A stretch of DNA of 64,000 bases from an uncultured bacterium (lineage in GTDB: Bacteria; UBP6; UBA1177), in the NCBI GenBank assembly GCA_905235605.1, contig CAJOMF010000001.1:6967-70966 (forward strand). Direction: 5' to 3'. The stretch's first letter is position 1. Every line of letters begins with the position of its first letter. Shown in pieces: positions 46,117 to 53,948 of this stretch. A program made the translations under genes and the position numbers. Below the pieces are notes generated by a model. It was not told where the DNA came from. It made no database searches and worked only from the letters and a program-made list of their open reading frames with translations.

Positions 46117-47277
46117 ATGAAGAAATTCTGGTCAGTTTTGATTTTTGCTTGCATTTTTGTTCTTTCGAGTTGCGGAGACAGTAAAGCTCCGACAAAAGTT
46201 GAAGAACCGGATGAACCGGAGGAAACGGCTGATACTGCTGAAGAAGTTCCTGATGCTGAAGTTCCGGAAGAACCTACGGAGGAAAACAAGGAGTTCGACC
46301 CTGAAAATCCAGGTTACACCGTTGAATTCAACATTATTGACACTGAAATGATGGGGCAGGGTCAGTCGATGGCTATCGGATATTTCATGAAGACTGCGCG
46401 AGAGGATCTTGAATCTGAAACTGCTGCGGACGTAACGCTGGATACATGTGTCATCGGTGAATCCTCACCCAGAGTTCCCAGCTGCACGAGCAATGCTGAC
46501 TGTGCTCCTGAACAGGAGTGCGTGCCCGAGTACGACAGTCAAAGCGGTCAGGCGATAGAAAACAGCGAGCACTGTGAAACTCCGAACAGAGCGTCACTTG
46601 ATGTCGGACCTGTTGAGATCGAAGGATTCAACGGCGGACCTTACACTTTTGCTTATGAACCGGGAGATCAGGTTTATAAACTCAACGGAACAGGTGACGG
46701 AAGTATCGACAGAAGCCTTATCGCATACGGTGTCGATTATACGATACGCGGCGAAAATATGACTCCTGACGATCTTAATTCGCTTTCGGCAACATTCAGA
46801 ATGCCTCCTGCTCTGCAGCTTATCGAACCGGCTGCAACGGAAGGCGGGATGTTCGGTTCTGCGATCGCGATCGATAACACGAAACCGCTCAAATTCGTCT
46901 GGGAAGGCAACGGCGGACAGGGTTATATCGATATTACGATCACGGCGGCTCAGTCTCTTGCCAATACGGTTTCCGTAACATGCAAAGTCATTGACGACGG
47001 CGAATTTACAGTTCCGGAAGAGTTTGCTTCACAGCTTGTTTTCGGCGGCGGCGGCGACGGAATGATGGATCAGATGCTGCAGATGATGAATATGGTGATT
47101 TTTGACCGTCATGCTGAATCACCGATCACCGGTGACGGTATTTCTGTAGGCAGAGTTTCATCGGAACAGCTCATCATGGCAAATGTCCTGCCGACAGGTT
47201 ATACTCCGGATCCTGAACCTACAACTGATCCTACTACCGAACCTGAACCTGCGCCTGAAGAACCGGAAGGCGAATAA
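46117..47277 (+). CDS. Hypothetical surface lipoprotein
   Basis: AGGAGG RBS, lipobox LSSC; acidic linkers; SVTCKVIDDGEFTVP. Confidence 0.85.
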   Translation: MKKFWSVLIFACIFVLSSCGDSKAPTKVEEPDEPEETADTAEEVPDAEVPEEPTEENKEFDPENPGYTVEFNIIDTEMMGQGQSMAIGYFMKTAREDLESETAADVTLDTCVIGESSPRVPSCTSNADCAPEQECVPEYDSQSGQAIENSEHCETPNRASLDVGPVEIEGFNGGPYTFAYEPGDQVYKLNGTGDGSIDRSLIAYGVDYTIRGENMTPDDLNSLSATFRMPPALQLIEPAATEGGMFGSAIAIDNTKPLKFVWEGNGGQGYIDITITAAQSLANTVSVTCKVIDDGEFTVPEEFASQLVFGGGGDGMMDQMLQMMNMVIFDRHAESPITGDGISVGRVSSEQLIMANVLPTGYTPDPEPTTDPTTEPEPAPEEPEGE

Positions 47278-47285
47278 TCTCCGTA

Positions 47286-47825
47286 ATGAAAATCATCCGC
47301 GTCAACAAAGATCTGATCCTCAAGGAACTGGAACTTTCTGACGCGGAACATATCTTCAAAACAATCGATTCGCAGCGCGGATATCTCGGCGAATGGCTGC
47401 CGTTCGTCGAATTTACGAAAAGTATCAAAGACTCCCTTGATTACGTCAATTCAGTCGTGACTATGCCGGAAGAGTGTAAAGAATGGCAGTTCGCTGTTTT
47501 CTGCGGCGGTGATTTTGCCGGACTTGCCGGATTCAAAGGAACTGACAGGCTCAACCGCAAAAGCGAGATCGGCTACTGGCTTAGAGAGGAGTTCCAGGGC
47601 CGCGGCATAATGACCGAATCAGTCCGTGCTCTGATAAATTTCGGCTTTTCTGAGCTCGGTCTCAACAGGATCCAGATAAAATGCGCTCCCGACAACATCA
47701 AAAGCAACAAAATCCCGCAAAGACTCGGTTTTCATCTTGAAGGGATAGAGCGCGACAGCGAATTTGTGCGCGAAAACGTTTTCCGTGACGCCAATGTCTG
47801 GAGTCTTCTGAAAAAAGAGCTCTGA
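47286..47825 (+). CDS. GNAT acetyltransferase, RimL/RimJ family
   Basis: YLGEWLPFV, EIGYWL..EFQGRGIMT, N..SNKIPQRLGF.LEG. Confidence 0.9.
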   Translation: MKIIRVNKDLILKELELSDAEHIFKTIDSQRGYLGEWLPFVEFTKSIKDSLDYVNSVVTMPEECKEWQFAVFCGGDFAGLAGFKGTDRLNRKSEIGYWLREEFQGRGIMTESVRALINFGFSELGLNRIQIKCAPDNIKSNKIPQRLGFHLEGIERDSEFVRENVFRDANVWSLLKKEL

Positions 47826-47855
47826 TATCGTTATTTCGATATCTCGATATTACGA
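47824..47855. repeat. AT-rich octamer array (nATnnCGn x4) overlapping two convergent gene ends
   Basis: gatatcgt tatttcga tatctcga tattacga; overlaps the GNAT TGA and encodes the lipA tail and its TAA. Confidence 0.65.
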
Positions 47856-48700
47856 TCAATCATGCTTTGGTGGATTTCCTTTGCGTTGAATGAGCTTCTG
47901 ACGAATCTGCCTGAGTAAACTTCTTTGAATCCGATTTCCAAACCGTAGTCGCGCAGTGCGTCAAATTCAGCCTGAGTGTAGTCCTTTTCGACCGGAATGT
48001 GTTGCAGCGACGGGCGGAAATACTGTCCGATCGTCATGATATCGCAGCCGACATCGCGCAGATCGCGCATCAGAGCGTGCACTTCGTCAACTGTTTCGCC
48101 GACGCCGAGCATTATTCCCGATTTCGTGATGAAACCTTTGCGCTTCATGTAACAGAGAACGTCAAGCGAGCGCCTGTAATCGGCCTGCGGGCGCACTTTT
48201 GAGTATAAAGACGGGATCGTTTCGACATTGTGGTTGAAAACGTCTATCGGCGAATCGGCAACGATGTCGAGATTTTCTTTTATTCCGAGGAAATCGGGAG
48301 TGAGCACTTCGACCAGTGTGTCTGGAGATAACCCCTTGACTTTTTTGACTGTTTCGGCAAAGTGCGTCGCTCCGCAGTCGGGCAGGTCGTCTCTTGTTAC
48401 CGAGGTTATTACGGTGTAAAGCAGGCCTAAATCCTTAACGGCAAGTGCAAGGTTCATAGGCTCATTCGGATCGGGAAGGGGAATGTTTTCATTATGGACT
48501 ATGTTGCAGAAGCGGCAGTTGCGCGTGCAGCTGTTCCCGAGGATCAGGAAAGTCGCCGTTCTTTTCTTAAAGCAGTCGCCGATATTCGGGCAGTGCGCCG
48601 ATTCGCAGACCGAATGAAGGTGGTGCAGACGCAGAATTTTTTTCATTTCGGCGACAAAAGGGGATTTGAAAGTCGATTTTTTGAGCATTTCTTCAGCCAT
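47831..48700 (-). CDS. lipA: Lipoyl synthase
   Basis: CESAHCPNIGDC (CX4CX5C), CTRNCRFC, VRSS. Confidence 0.95.
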   Translation of the reverse strand: MAEEMLKKSTFKSPFVAEMKKILRLHHLHSVCESAHCPNIGDCFKKRTATFLILGNSCTRNCRFCNIVHNENIPLPDPNEPMNLALAVKDLGLLYTVITSVTRDDLPDCGATHFAETVKKVKGLSPDTLVEVLTPDFLGIKENLDIVADSPIDVFNHNVETIPSLYSKVRPQADYRRSLDVLCYMKRKGFITKSGIMLGVGETVDEVHALMRDLRDVGCDIMTIGQYFRPSLQHIPVEKDYTQAEFDALRDYGLEIGFKEVYSGRFVRSSFNAKEIHQSMIDRNIEISK

Positions 48701-48764
48701 GATTTGCCTCATTGAACATTCATAAAACGCGGGATTTAAGCCTTTGCAAAGGCTGTTGTCAAGG

Positions 48765-49784
48765 TTAATTTTTTACTCTTCCGAGCTGTCCGCATGCAGC
48801 GAGTTTGTCTCCGCCGCGCGATTTTCTGATGAGTGCGGTTACATTTTTGGCAATCAGGATATTCTGGAAGTCAATGATTTTTTTTATCGGTGTCGGCTCG
48901 AAAGCGGCTCCGTCAAAGGTGTTGAAGGGGATGAGATTGACTTTTGAATCGTATCTTTTCGCGATTTTTGCGAGTTTTTCGGCGTCCTCGGGAGTGTCGT
49001 TGAAATTCTTGAGCATGACGTATTCGAGTACGACCATTTTTCGCGTGACCGGATAGGAGTCTATCGCTCTGAGCAGTGCCGAAAGCGGATATTTCTTGTT
49101 TATCGGCATGATTTTGTTTCGTTTTTCGTCAGTAACGGCATGAAGTGAAACTGCAAGGTTGACTTTCGTCTTTTCGCCGAGTTCGACGATTTTATCGGCA
49201 ATTCCCGAAGTCGAAACGGTGATTTTCCTGTTTGAAAAGTTGAAGCAGAAATCGTCAAGGAGGATATCTATTGCATCAAGCAGGTTTTCGAAGTTGAGGA
49301 GCGGCTCTCCCATTCCCATGAAAACGAGGTTCGTTATCCTTTTTCCGCTTTTTTCGGCTTCGATCTGTGCCGCCAAAACCTGACCTGTGATCTCTGAAAC
49401 CGTGAGATCCCGCTTGAAACCGAGGCTTCCTGTCCGGCAGAAAGCGCAGTGGAGCGGGCATCCCGCCTGAGTCGAGACGCAGAGCGTGCAGCGGGTTTCT
49501 TCGGGAATGATGACAGTTTCGACCACGTTTCCGTCGGAAAGTTTGAAAGCGAGTTTCTGCGTGCCGTCAGACGAGGTAAAGACTTCTTCGGGCTGCATCG
49601 GCGTGATCGTGAAAAGTTCTGCAAGTTTCGCACGGTCGTCCTTGCTGATGTTGCTCATTTCATCGAACGAAAAGACTCTTTTCTGGTAGATCCACTGAGT
49701 AATCTGTGTCGCCCTGAATTTTGCAAAGCCGTTGTCAAGTAGCGCACTTTCTAAATTTTTTCTAGTAATATCAAATATTTCCAT
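48765..49784 (-). CDS. rlmN: 23S rRNA/tRNA m2A methyltransferase
   Basis: CVSTQAGCPLHCAFC, MGMGEP, AACGQL. Confidence 0.95.
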   Translation of the reverse strand: MEIFDITRKNLESALLDNGFAKFRATQITQWIYQKRVFSFDEMSNISKDDRAKLAELFTITPMQPEEVFTSSDGTQKLAFKLSDGNVVETVIIPEETRCTLCVSTQAGCPLHCAFCRTGSLGFKRDLTVSEITGQVLAAQIEAEKSGKRITNLVFMGMGEPLLNFENLLDAIDILLDDFCFNFSNRKITVSTSGIADKIVELGEKTKVNLAVSLHAVTDEKRNKIMPINKKYPLSALLRAIDSYPVTRKMVVLEYVMLKNFNDTPEDAEKLAKIAKRYDSKVNLIPFNTFDGAAFEPTPIKKIIDFQNILIAKNVTALIRKSRGGDKLAACGQLGRVKN

Positions 49785-49788
49785 TTTT

Positions 49789-50655
49789 TTACCAGCCGAA
49801 AAAGAATGAAAGCATTGAATTTATGATTTCAGTCGGAAGCAGGAACATGACGAGGCCTCCGAAAGCGAGGAACGGGCCGAAATAAATCGCGTGTTCGACA
49901 TCCTTTTCCTCTTTTGAATTGAGGTCTTCAGCCGAAATGTTTCCGGCGATGCGTTTTTTGCCGAATATGAGTTTCGCCGCGAGATAGAAAATTATGCCGC
50001 CGAGCGATGCAATTAAAAGAATGAAAGGGATCAAAGTCGGGCCTGTGAATGCGCCGATCGCTGCAAGGATGTAGACGTCACCCAGCCCCATGCCGATTTT
50101 TCTGGTTACGAGGTAGAAAAGAAGTATTGCAAGCAGAAGGAATCCCGCGCCGACGCCGATCCCGATGAGAGACTGCTGCCAGCTGAAAGTCGGCTCGAAA
50201 AAGCTCCACAAAATCCCCATGAAAACCGGAGGGATTATGACTTTTGAGTAGACGAACTGCGTTCTGTAATCAATCGCTGCCGTCACGACAAGTGCCGAAA
50301 TGAAGTAAAGCGGGAGTATCAGGCGCAGATGAAGCCCGAATTTAAGGAATGCAAAAAGGTATAAAAACGCGTTCAGAAGCTCGATCGTCGGGTAAATCAG
50401 CGAGATTTTTTCGCCGCAGCCCGAACATTTTCCGCGAAGAAATATCCAGCTTAAAACGGGAATATTTTCGTACCACGTGATTTTGTGGTTGCATTTCGTG
50501 CAGGAACTCGGCGGAAATACGATGCTTTTGCCGAGCGGGATGCGGTAAATGCAGACATTGAGAAAACTGCCGAAAAGAAGCCCGTAAATAAAGACAAAAA
50601 CTGCGGAAAATGCCGCAAAACGCGGCGAATTTAAAAGCTCGAAAAATTCTTCCAT
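49789..50655 (-). CDS. pilD: Prepilin peptidase (A24)
   Basis: GSFLNVCIYRIP, SSCTKC, LRGKCSGC, IDY, GMGLGDV, FGPFL. Confidence 0.9.
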   Translation of the reverse strand: MEEFFELLNSPRFAAFSAVFVFIYGLLFGSFLNVCIYRIPLGKSIVFPPSSCTKCNHKITWYENIPVLSWIFLRGKCSGCGEKISLIYPTIELLNAFLYLFAFLKFGLHLRLILPLYFISALVVTAAIDYRTQFVYSKVIIPPVFMGILWSFFEPTFSWQQSLIGIGVGAGFLLLAILLFYLVTRKIGMGLGDVYILAAIGAFTGPTLIPFILLIASLGGIIFYLAAKLIFGKKRIAGNISAEDLNSKEEKDVEHAIYFGPFLAFGGLVMFLLPTEIINSMLSFFFGW

Positions 50656-50723
50656 GAAAAAACCTCGAATCAACAAAAAACCAGTAATTTTTGACATGTT
50701 TTAATAAAAGTCAATCAAATTCG

Positions 50724-50786
50724 GCGGCGCAGATCGTGATCCCGTGATTCCGTTATTCCGTGATCCCGGCAAGACTTCGGCGCCGC
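50724..50786. repeat. GC-rich octamer-array element (copy E)
   Basis: GCGGCGC ... gatcccgt gattccgt tattccgt gatcccgg ... GCGCCGC. Confidence 0.8.
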
Positions 50787-50844
50787 TCTTGTTTTTCCCC
50801 CGGCTTTTCTTTAAAATCTGCTCAACTTGTTTTTGGAGGACGAA

Positions 50845-51435
50845 ATGAAAATAGTTTTTGCATCGGGAAACAAGGGAAAATTGATGGAAGCATCGGAAAT
50901 TTTCAAAGGTTTTGAGATCGTTCCGATAAGCGCTTTTTCTGCTTGGCATGCGCCGGATGAAAACGGTTCGACTTTCCTGCAGAACGCGGTGATAAAGGCT
51001 GAAGCGGCAGCAGAGGCGGCTGAAGGAGAGATCGTTCTGGCTGATGATTCCGGCCTGGTTGTTCCCGCTTTGAACGGTGCTCCCGGCATTTTTTCGGCAC
51101 GTTTTTCTGCGGAGGGGACCGATGCCGCAAACAGAAAAAAATTGCTCTGCGAACTTTCAAAAGTCAGCGACAGAAGCGCATACTTCATCTGCACGGCCGT
51201 CCTTATTTTTCCGGACAGAACCGTGATTGCCGCAGAGGGAAGGTGCTGCGGAAAAATAATTGAAACCGAGCGCGGAGAAAACGGCTTCGGCTACGATCCG
51301 GTTTTTGTTCCGGAAGGTTACGGCAAAACTCTGGCGGAACTGTCCGAAGAAGAGAAAAACGCGGTCAGCCACCGCGGAAAAGCGTTTCGGAAATTGATTT
51401 CCCGCGCCGCAGATCTTCACGGGATCACGGGATAA
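50845..51435 (+). CDS. rdgB: Non-canonical purine NTP pyrophosphatase (RdgB/HAM1)
   Basis: FASGNKGK, ENG.TF..NA..KA, ADDSGL, GFGYDPVF, SHRGKA. Confidence 0.95.
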   Translation: MKIVFASGNKGKLMEASEIFKGFEIVPISAFSAWHAPDENGSTFLQNAVIKAEAAAEAAEGEIVLADDSGLVVPALNGAPGIFSARFSAEGTDAANRKKLLCELSKVSDRSAYFICTAVLIFPDRTVIAAEGRCCGKIIETERGENGFGYDPVFVPEGYGKTLAELSEEEKNAVSHRGKAFRKLISRAADLHGITG

Positions 51436-51494
51436 CGGAATCACGGAATTCCGAAGCGGCGCAATGCCTGGATCTCGTGATCTCGAGAACCCGA
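51404..51494. repeat. GC-rich octamer-array element (copy F) overlapping the rdgB 3' end
   Basis: GCGCCGC ... gatcacgg gataacgg aatcacgg aattccga ... GCGGCGC, then gatctcgt gatctcga. Confidence 0.8.
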
Positions 51495-51585
51495 TAATGA
51501 CGCCGCTGAATTTTTTTGACTTTTAAAGGCTCTTCAATATAAAGGCTCGTTTTTTTGTTTTAATTTCTATTTCTTGGAGGAAATT

Positions 51586-52326
51586 ATGGCTTTAAAGCTT
51601 AGAGGAGCAAGAAAAGCTAAGAAAAAAGAGCTCGAAACGGCGGCAAATATCGTTGAAAATGACGCTTTTCAGGAGCAGGGAAAGAAAGTTGTTCTCGAAC
51701 ATCCTTACTTTATTTTCGGTTGTGTCGCAGCGATCGTTGTCGTTGTGATTGTCGCGATGATCATTTCAACGGCTGTAAAGTCGGCATCCGACGCGAAATC
51801 GGTCGAATATGCGGCTGCTACGGAACTTCTTGACAAGGCAGACGACGATTCTTCTGAAAATGCAAAAGCAGTTTACGAACAGGCACTTGCAGCTTTCGAC
51901 AAGGTTATAAAAAATCAGTCCGGTTCGATGAATGCGGCTGCTTCGATGGTTTTTTCAGGCCGTATTTATAAAGAAAGTATGAACAACTGCGACAAGGCGG
52001 TAGATTTCTTCAGACAGGCACGCACCAGCGGGAAACTCAGCACGGATATCCGCTTCGTAGCTTACGAAGGCGAGGCAATGTGCTACTTCGACAAAGGCGA
52101 TTTCGAAAAAGCTGCAAACCTTTGGAAGGAATGGCTTAACCAGAAAACCGATATTTATAAGGATTACGCGCTTTACTACACGGGTATGACCTATGAAAAA
52201 CTCGGCAAAGCCGATGAAGCGGCTCAATACTACAACAGACTTAAAGACGAATATCCGAAGAGCCTTCTTCTTGCAAAAATCACGGGCAAAGTTACAACAA
52301 AAGAGCCTGAAAAAGCACAGAATTAA
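51586..52326 (+). CDS. Membrane-anchored TPR protein (YfgM-like)
   Basis: Single TM then TPR helices ending YNRLKDEYPKS; adjacent to a BamB-like gene. Confidence 0.8.
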   Translation: MALKLRGARKAKKKELETAANIVENDAFQEQGKKVVLEHPYFIFGCVAAIVVVVIVAMIISTAVKSASDAKSVEYAAATELLDKADDDSSENAKAVYEQALAAFDKVIKNQSGSMNAAASMVFSGRIYKESMNNCDKAVDFFRQARTSGKLSTDIRFVAYEGEAMCYFDKGDFEKAANLWKEWLNQKTDIYKDYALYYTGMTYEKLGKADEAAQYYNRLKDEYPKSLLLAKITGKVTTKEPEKAQN

Positions 52327-53537
52327 TGTTTCCGCGTAAATTTTTTCCACTTTTTTTCATTTTTTTATTTTTGTTTCCGGTTTTTGCTGAATTTAACGAA
52401 TTTGATAAAAATATCGGCAAGGCACCGGAATTTGTAAGAAACGGCGGACCGCGTCTTGCAGTTGAATGGGCGGTTCCGCTCAAGAAAAATCAGGTTCAGG
52501 TAAACAGGCGCGAAGAGGCCGGCGTGACTCTTTTCGGAGAGGATATCCTCGTTGCAACGAGGGCGGGCGAACTTCATCTTTTCGGAAAAAACGGAGAACT
52601 CAAAGTGACAGCCGTTTTTGAAGGCGAATGCACCGTGGCACCTGTTGCGGTCGATGAAACACACGCGCTCGTTCCTGTTTCGAATTCTGTTTTTATGATG
52701 GAACTTGTGACTGAAAAAAGTGGAAAAAAGGTCGAATACAGTTGGAAAGTTCTTTGGAATATCGCGGGAAAGGCAACTGTCGCAGCTCAGCCTTTCGTCT
52801 ATGAAAACAAACTTGTGCTGATACAGTTCCACGACAGTGTGATCTATGTCATAGACAAGGAGAGCGGCGAGCTCAAAAACATGTACAGCGATTACGAAAA
52901 CAGCGAAGAGTTGTCTATTGTACGCCTTGCTCAGCCGATATTTGTCGAAGGAAAGATCGTTTTCGGCTTTTCTGACGGGACGATAACATTTTTCATGCTG
53001 CGCGACGAAGGCAAGGTCGATTTGATTCCGTACTACAAATTCAAAACGGCGAACTCTATGAAAAGGTTCGAGAAGCGCGATTTTTTTGATCTTCTTTCCT
53101 TTGTTCAGATCGAAGACTCGATCCTTTTTTCAGGCGGGGAATTCGGCGGCGTTATCGTTGACGGAAAGCCTGTAAAACTTGAAAATATGGAGGAACTCGA
53201 GCTTTTCAAATATGAAAGCGGGTTTGCCGGATTCGGCCGCCGCGGGATTTTTCTTTTCGATGAAAACGGAAAGTTCAGAACGCAGCCTTTCAAGTCGATG
53301 AATTACGTAACAAATCTTGTTCAGGGAAACGGTTTCGCTGTCGCTATGACGTCCGGCGAGGGACCGATGCTGGGTGACACGGATGCTTTTATTTATCTGC
53401 TTTCACCTGATTTTACGAAAGTGCATTACTCCATGATGATACCGAACGGAGTCTCAAGCAGTGCTGTTTGTGACAGTTCCTCAGTGTACTTTGTTTCGGA
53501 CATGGGAGTTTTTTATAAGTTTAAAGTGTTAAAATAA
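52326..53537 (+). CDS. PQQ-type beta-propeller protein (BamB-like)
   Basis: Signal peptide; repeated A.P...(E/D)G.....G.....D..SG motifs; start overlaps the yfgM-like stop. Confidence 0.65.
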   Translation: MFPRKFFPLFFIFLFLFPVFAEFNEFDKNIGKAPEFVRNGGPRLAVEWAVPLKKNQVQVNRREEAGVTLFGEDILVATRAGELHLFGKNGELKVTAVFEGECTVAPVAVDETHALVPVSNSVFMMELVTEKSGKKVEYSWKVLWNIAGKATVAAQPFVYENKLVLIQFHDSVIYVIDKESGELKNMYSDYENSEELSIVRLAQPIFVEGKIVFGFSDGTITFFMLRDEGKVDLIPYYKFKTANSMKRFEKRDFFDLLSFVQIEDSILFSGGEFGGVIVDGKPVKLENMEELELFKYESGFAGFGRRGIFLFDENGKFRTQPFKSMNYVTNLVQGNGFAVAMTSGEGPMLGDTDAFIYLLSPDFTKVHYSMMIPNGVSSSAVCDSSSVYFVSDMGVFYKFKVLK

Positions 53538-53618
53538 TGTAAAATTTTCTTGCAATATCGCAAAAAATGATTAGAAATGAGCGGCTTTTTTGAGATGAGA
53601 CTTTTTATGGAGGAATGA

Positions 53619-53894
53619 ATGAATAAGTCGAATTTAATTGCTGTTTTTTCAGAAAAAGCAAACCTTTCAAAGAGAAATGCGGAACAGTTCGTAAACATCA
53701 TGATTGATTCAATGATCAAAGCACTCAAAAACGGCGAGCGCGTTGAAATCAGAGGCTTCGGCAGTTTCGTAGTACGCACTTACGGTGCTTATGAAGGCAG
53801 AAATCCCAAGACCGGCGAAACGATAAACGTCGATCAGAAGAAACTTCCTTTTTTCAAGGCTGGAAAAGATCTTCTTTCCCGCATCAATGACTGA
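53619..53894 (+). CDS. ihfB: Integration host factor beta / HU family
   Basis: MNKS.LI, ERVEIRGFGSF, GRNPKTG, LPFFKAGK. Confidence 0.85.
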   Translation: MNKSNLIAVFSEKANLSKRNAEQFVNIMIDSMIKALKNGERVEIRGFGSFVVRTYGAYEGRNPKTGETINVDQKKLPFFKAGKDLLSRIND

Positions 53895-53910
53895 TTAACT
53901 TCAGTTTTTT

Positions 53911-53931
53911 GCCGCTTCGGCGGCTTTTTTT
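53911..53931 (+). terminator. Intrinsic terminator after ihfB
   Basis: GCCGC-TTCG-GCGGC followed by T7. Confidence 0.85.
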
Positions 53932-53948
53932 ATTTTTTCGGATAACTC

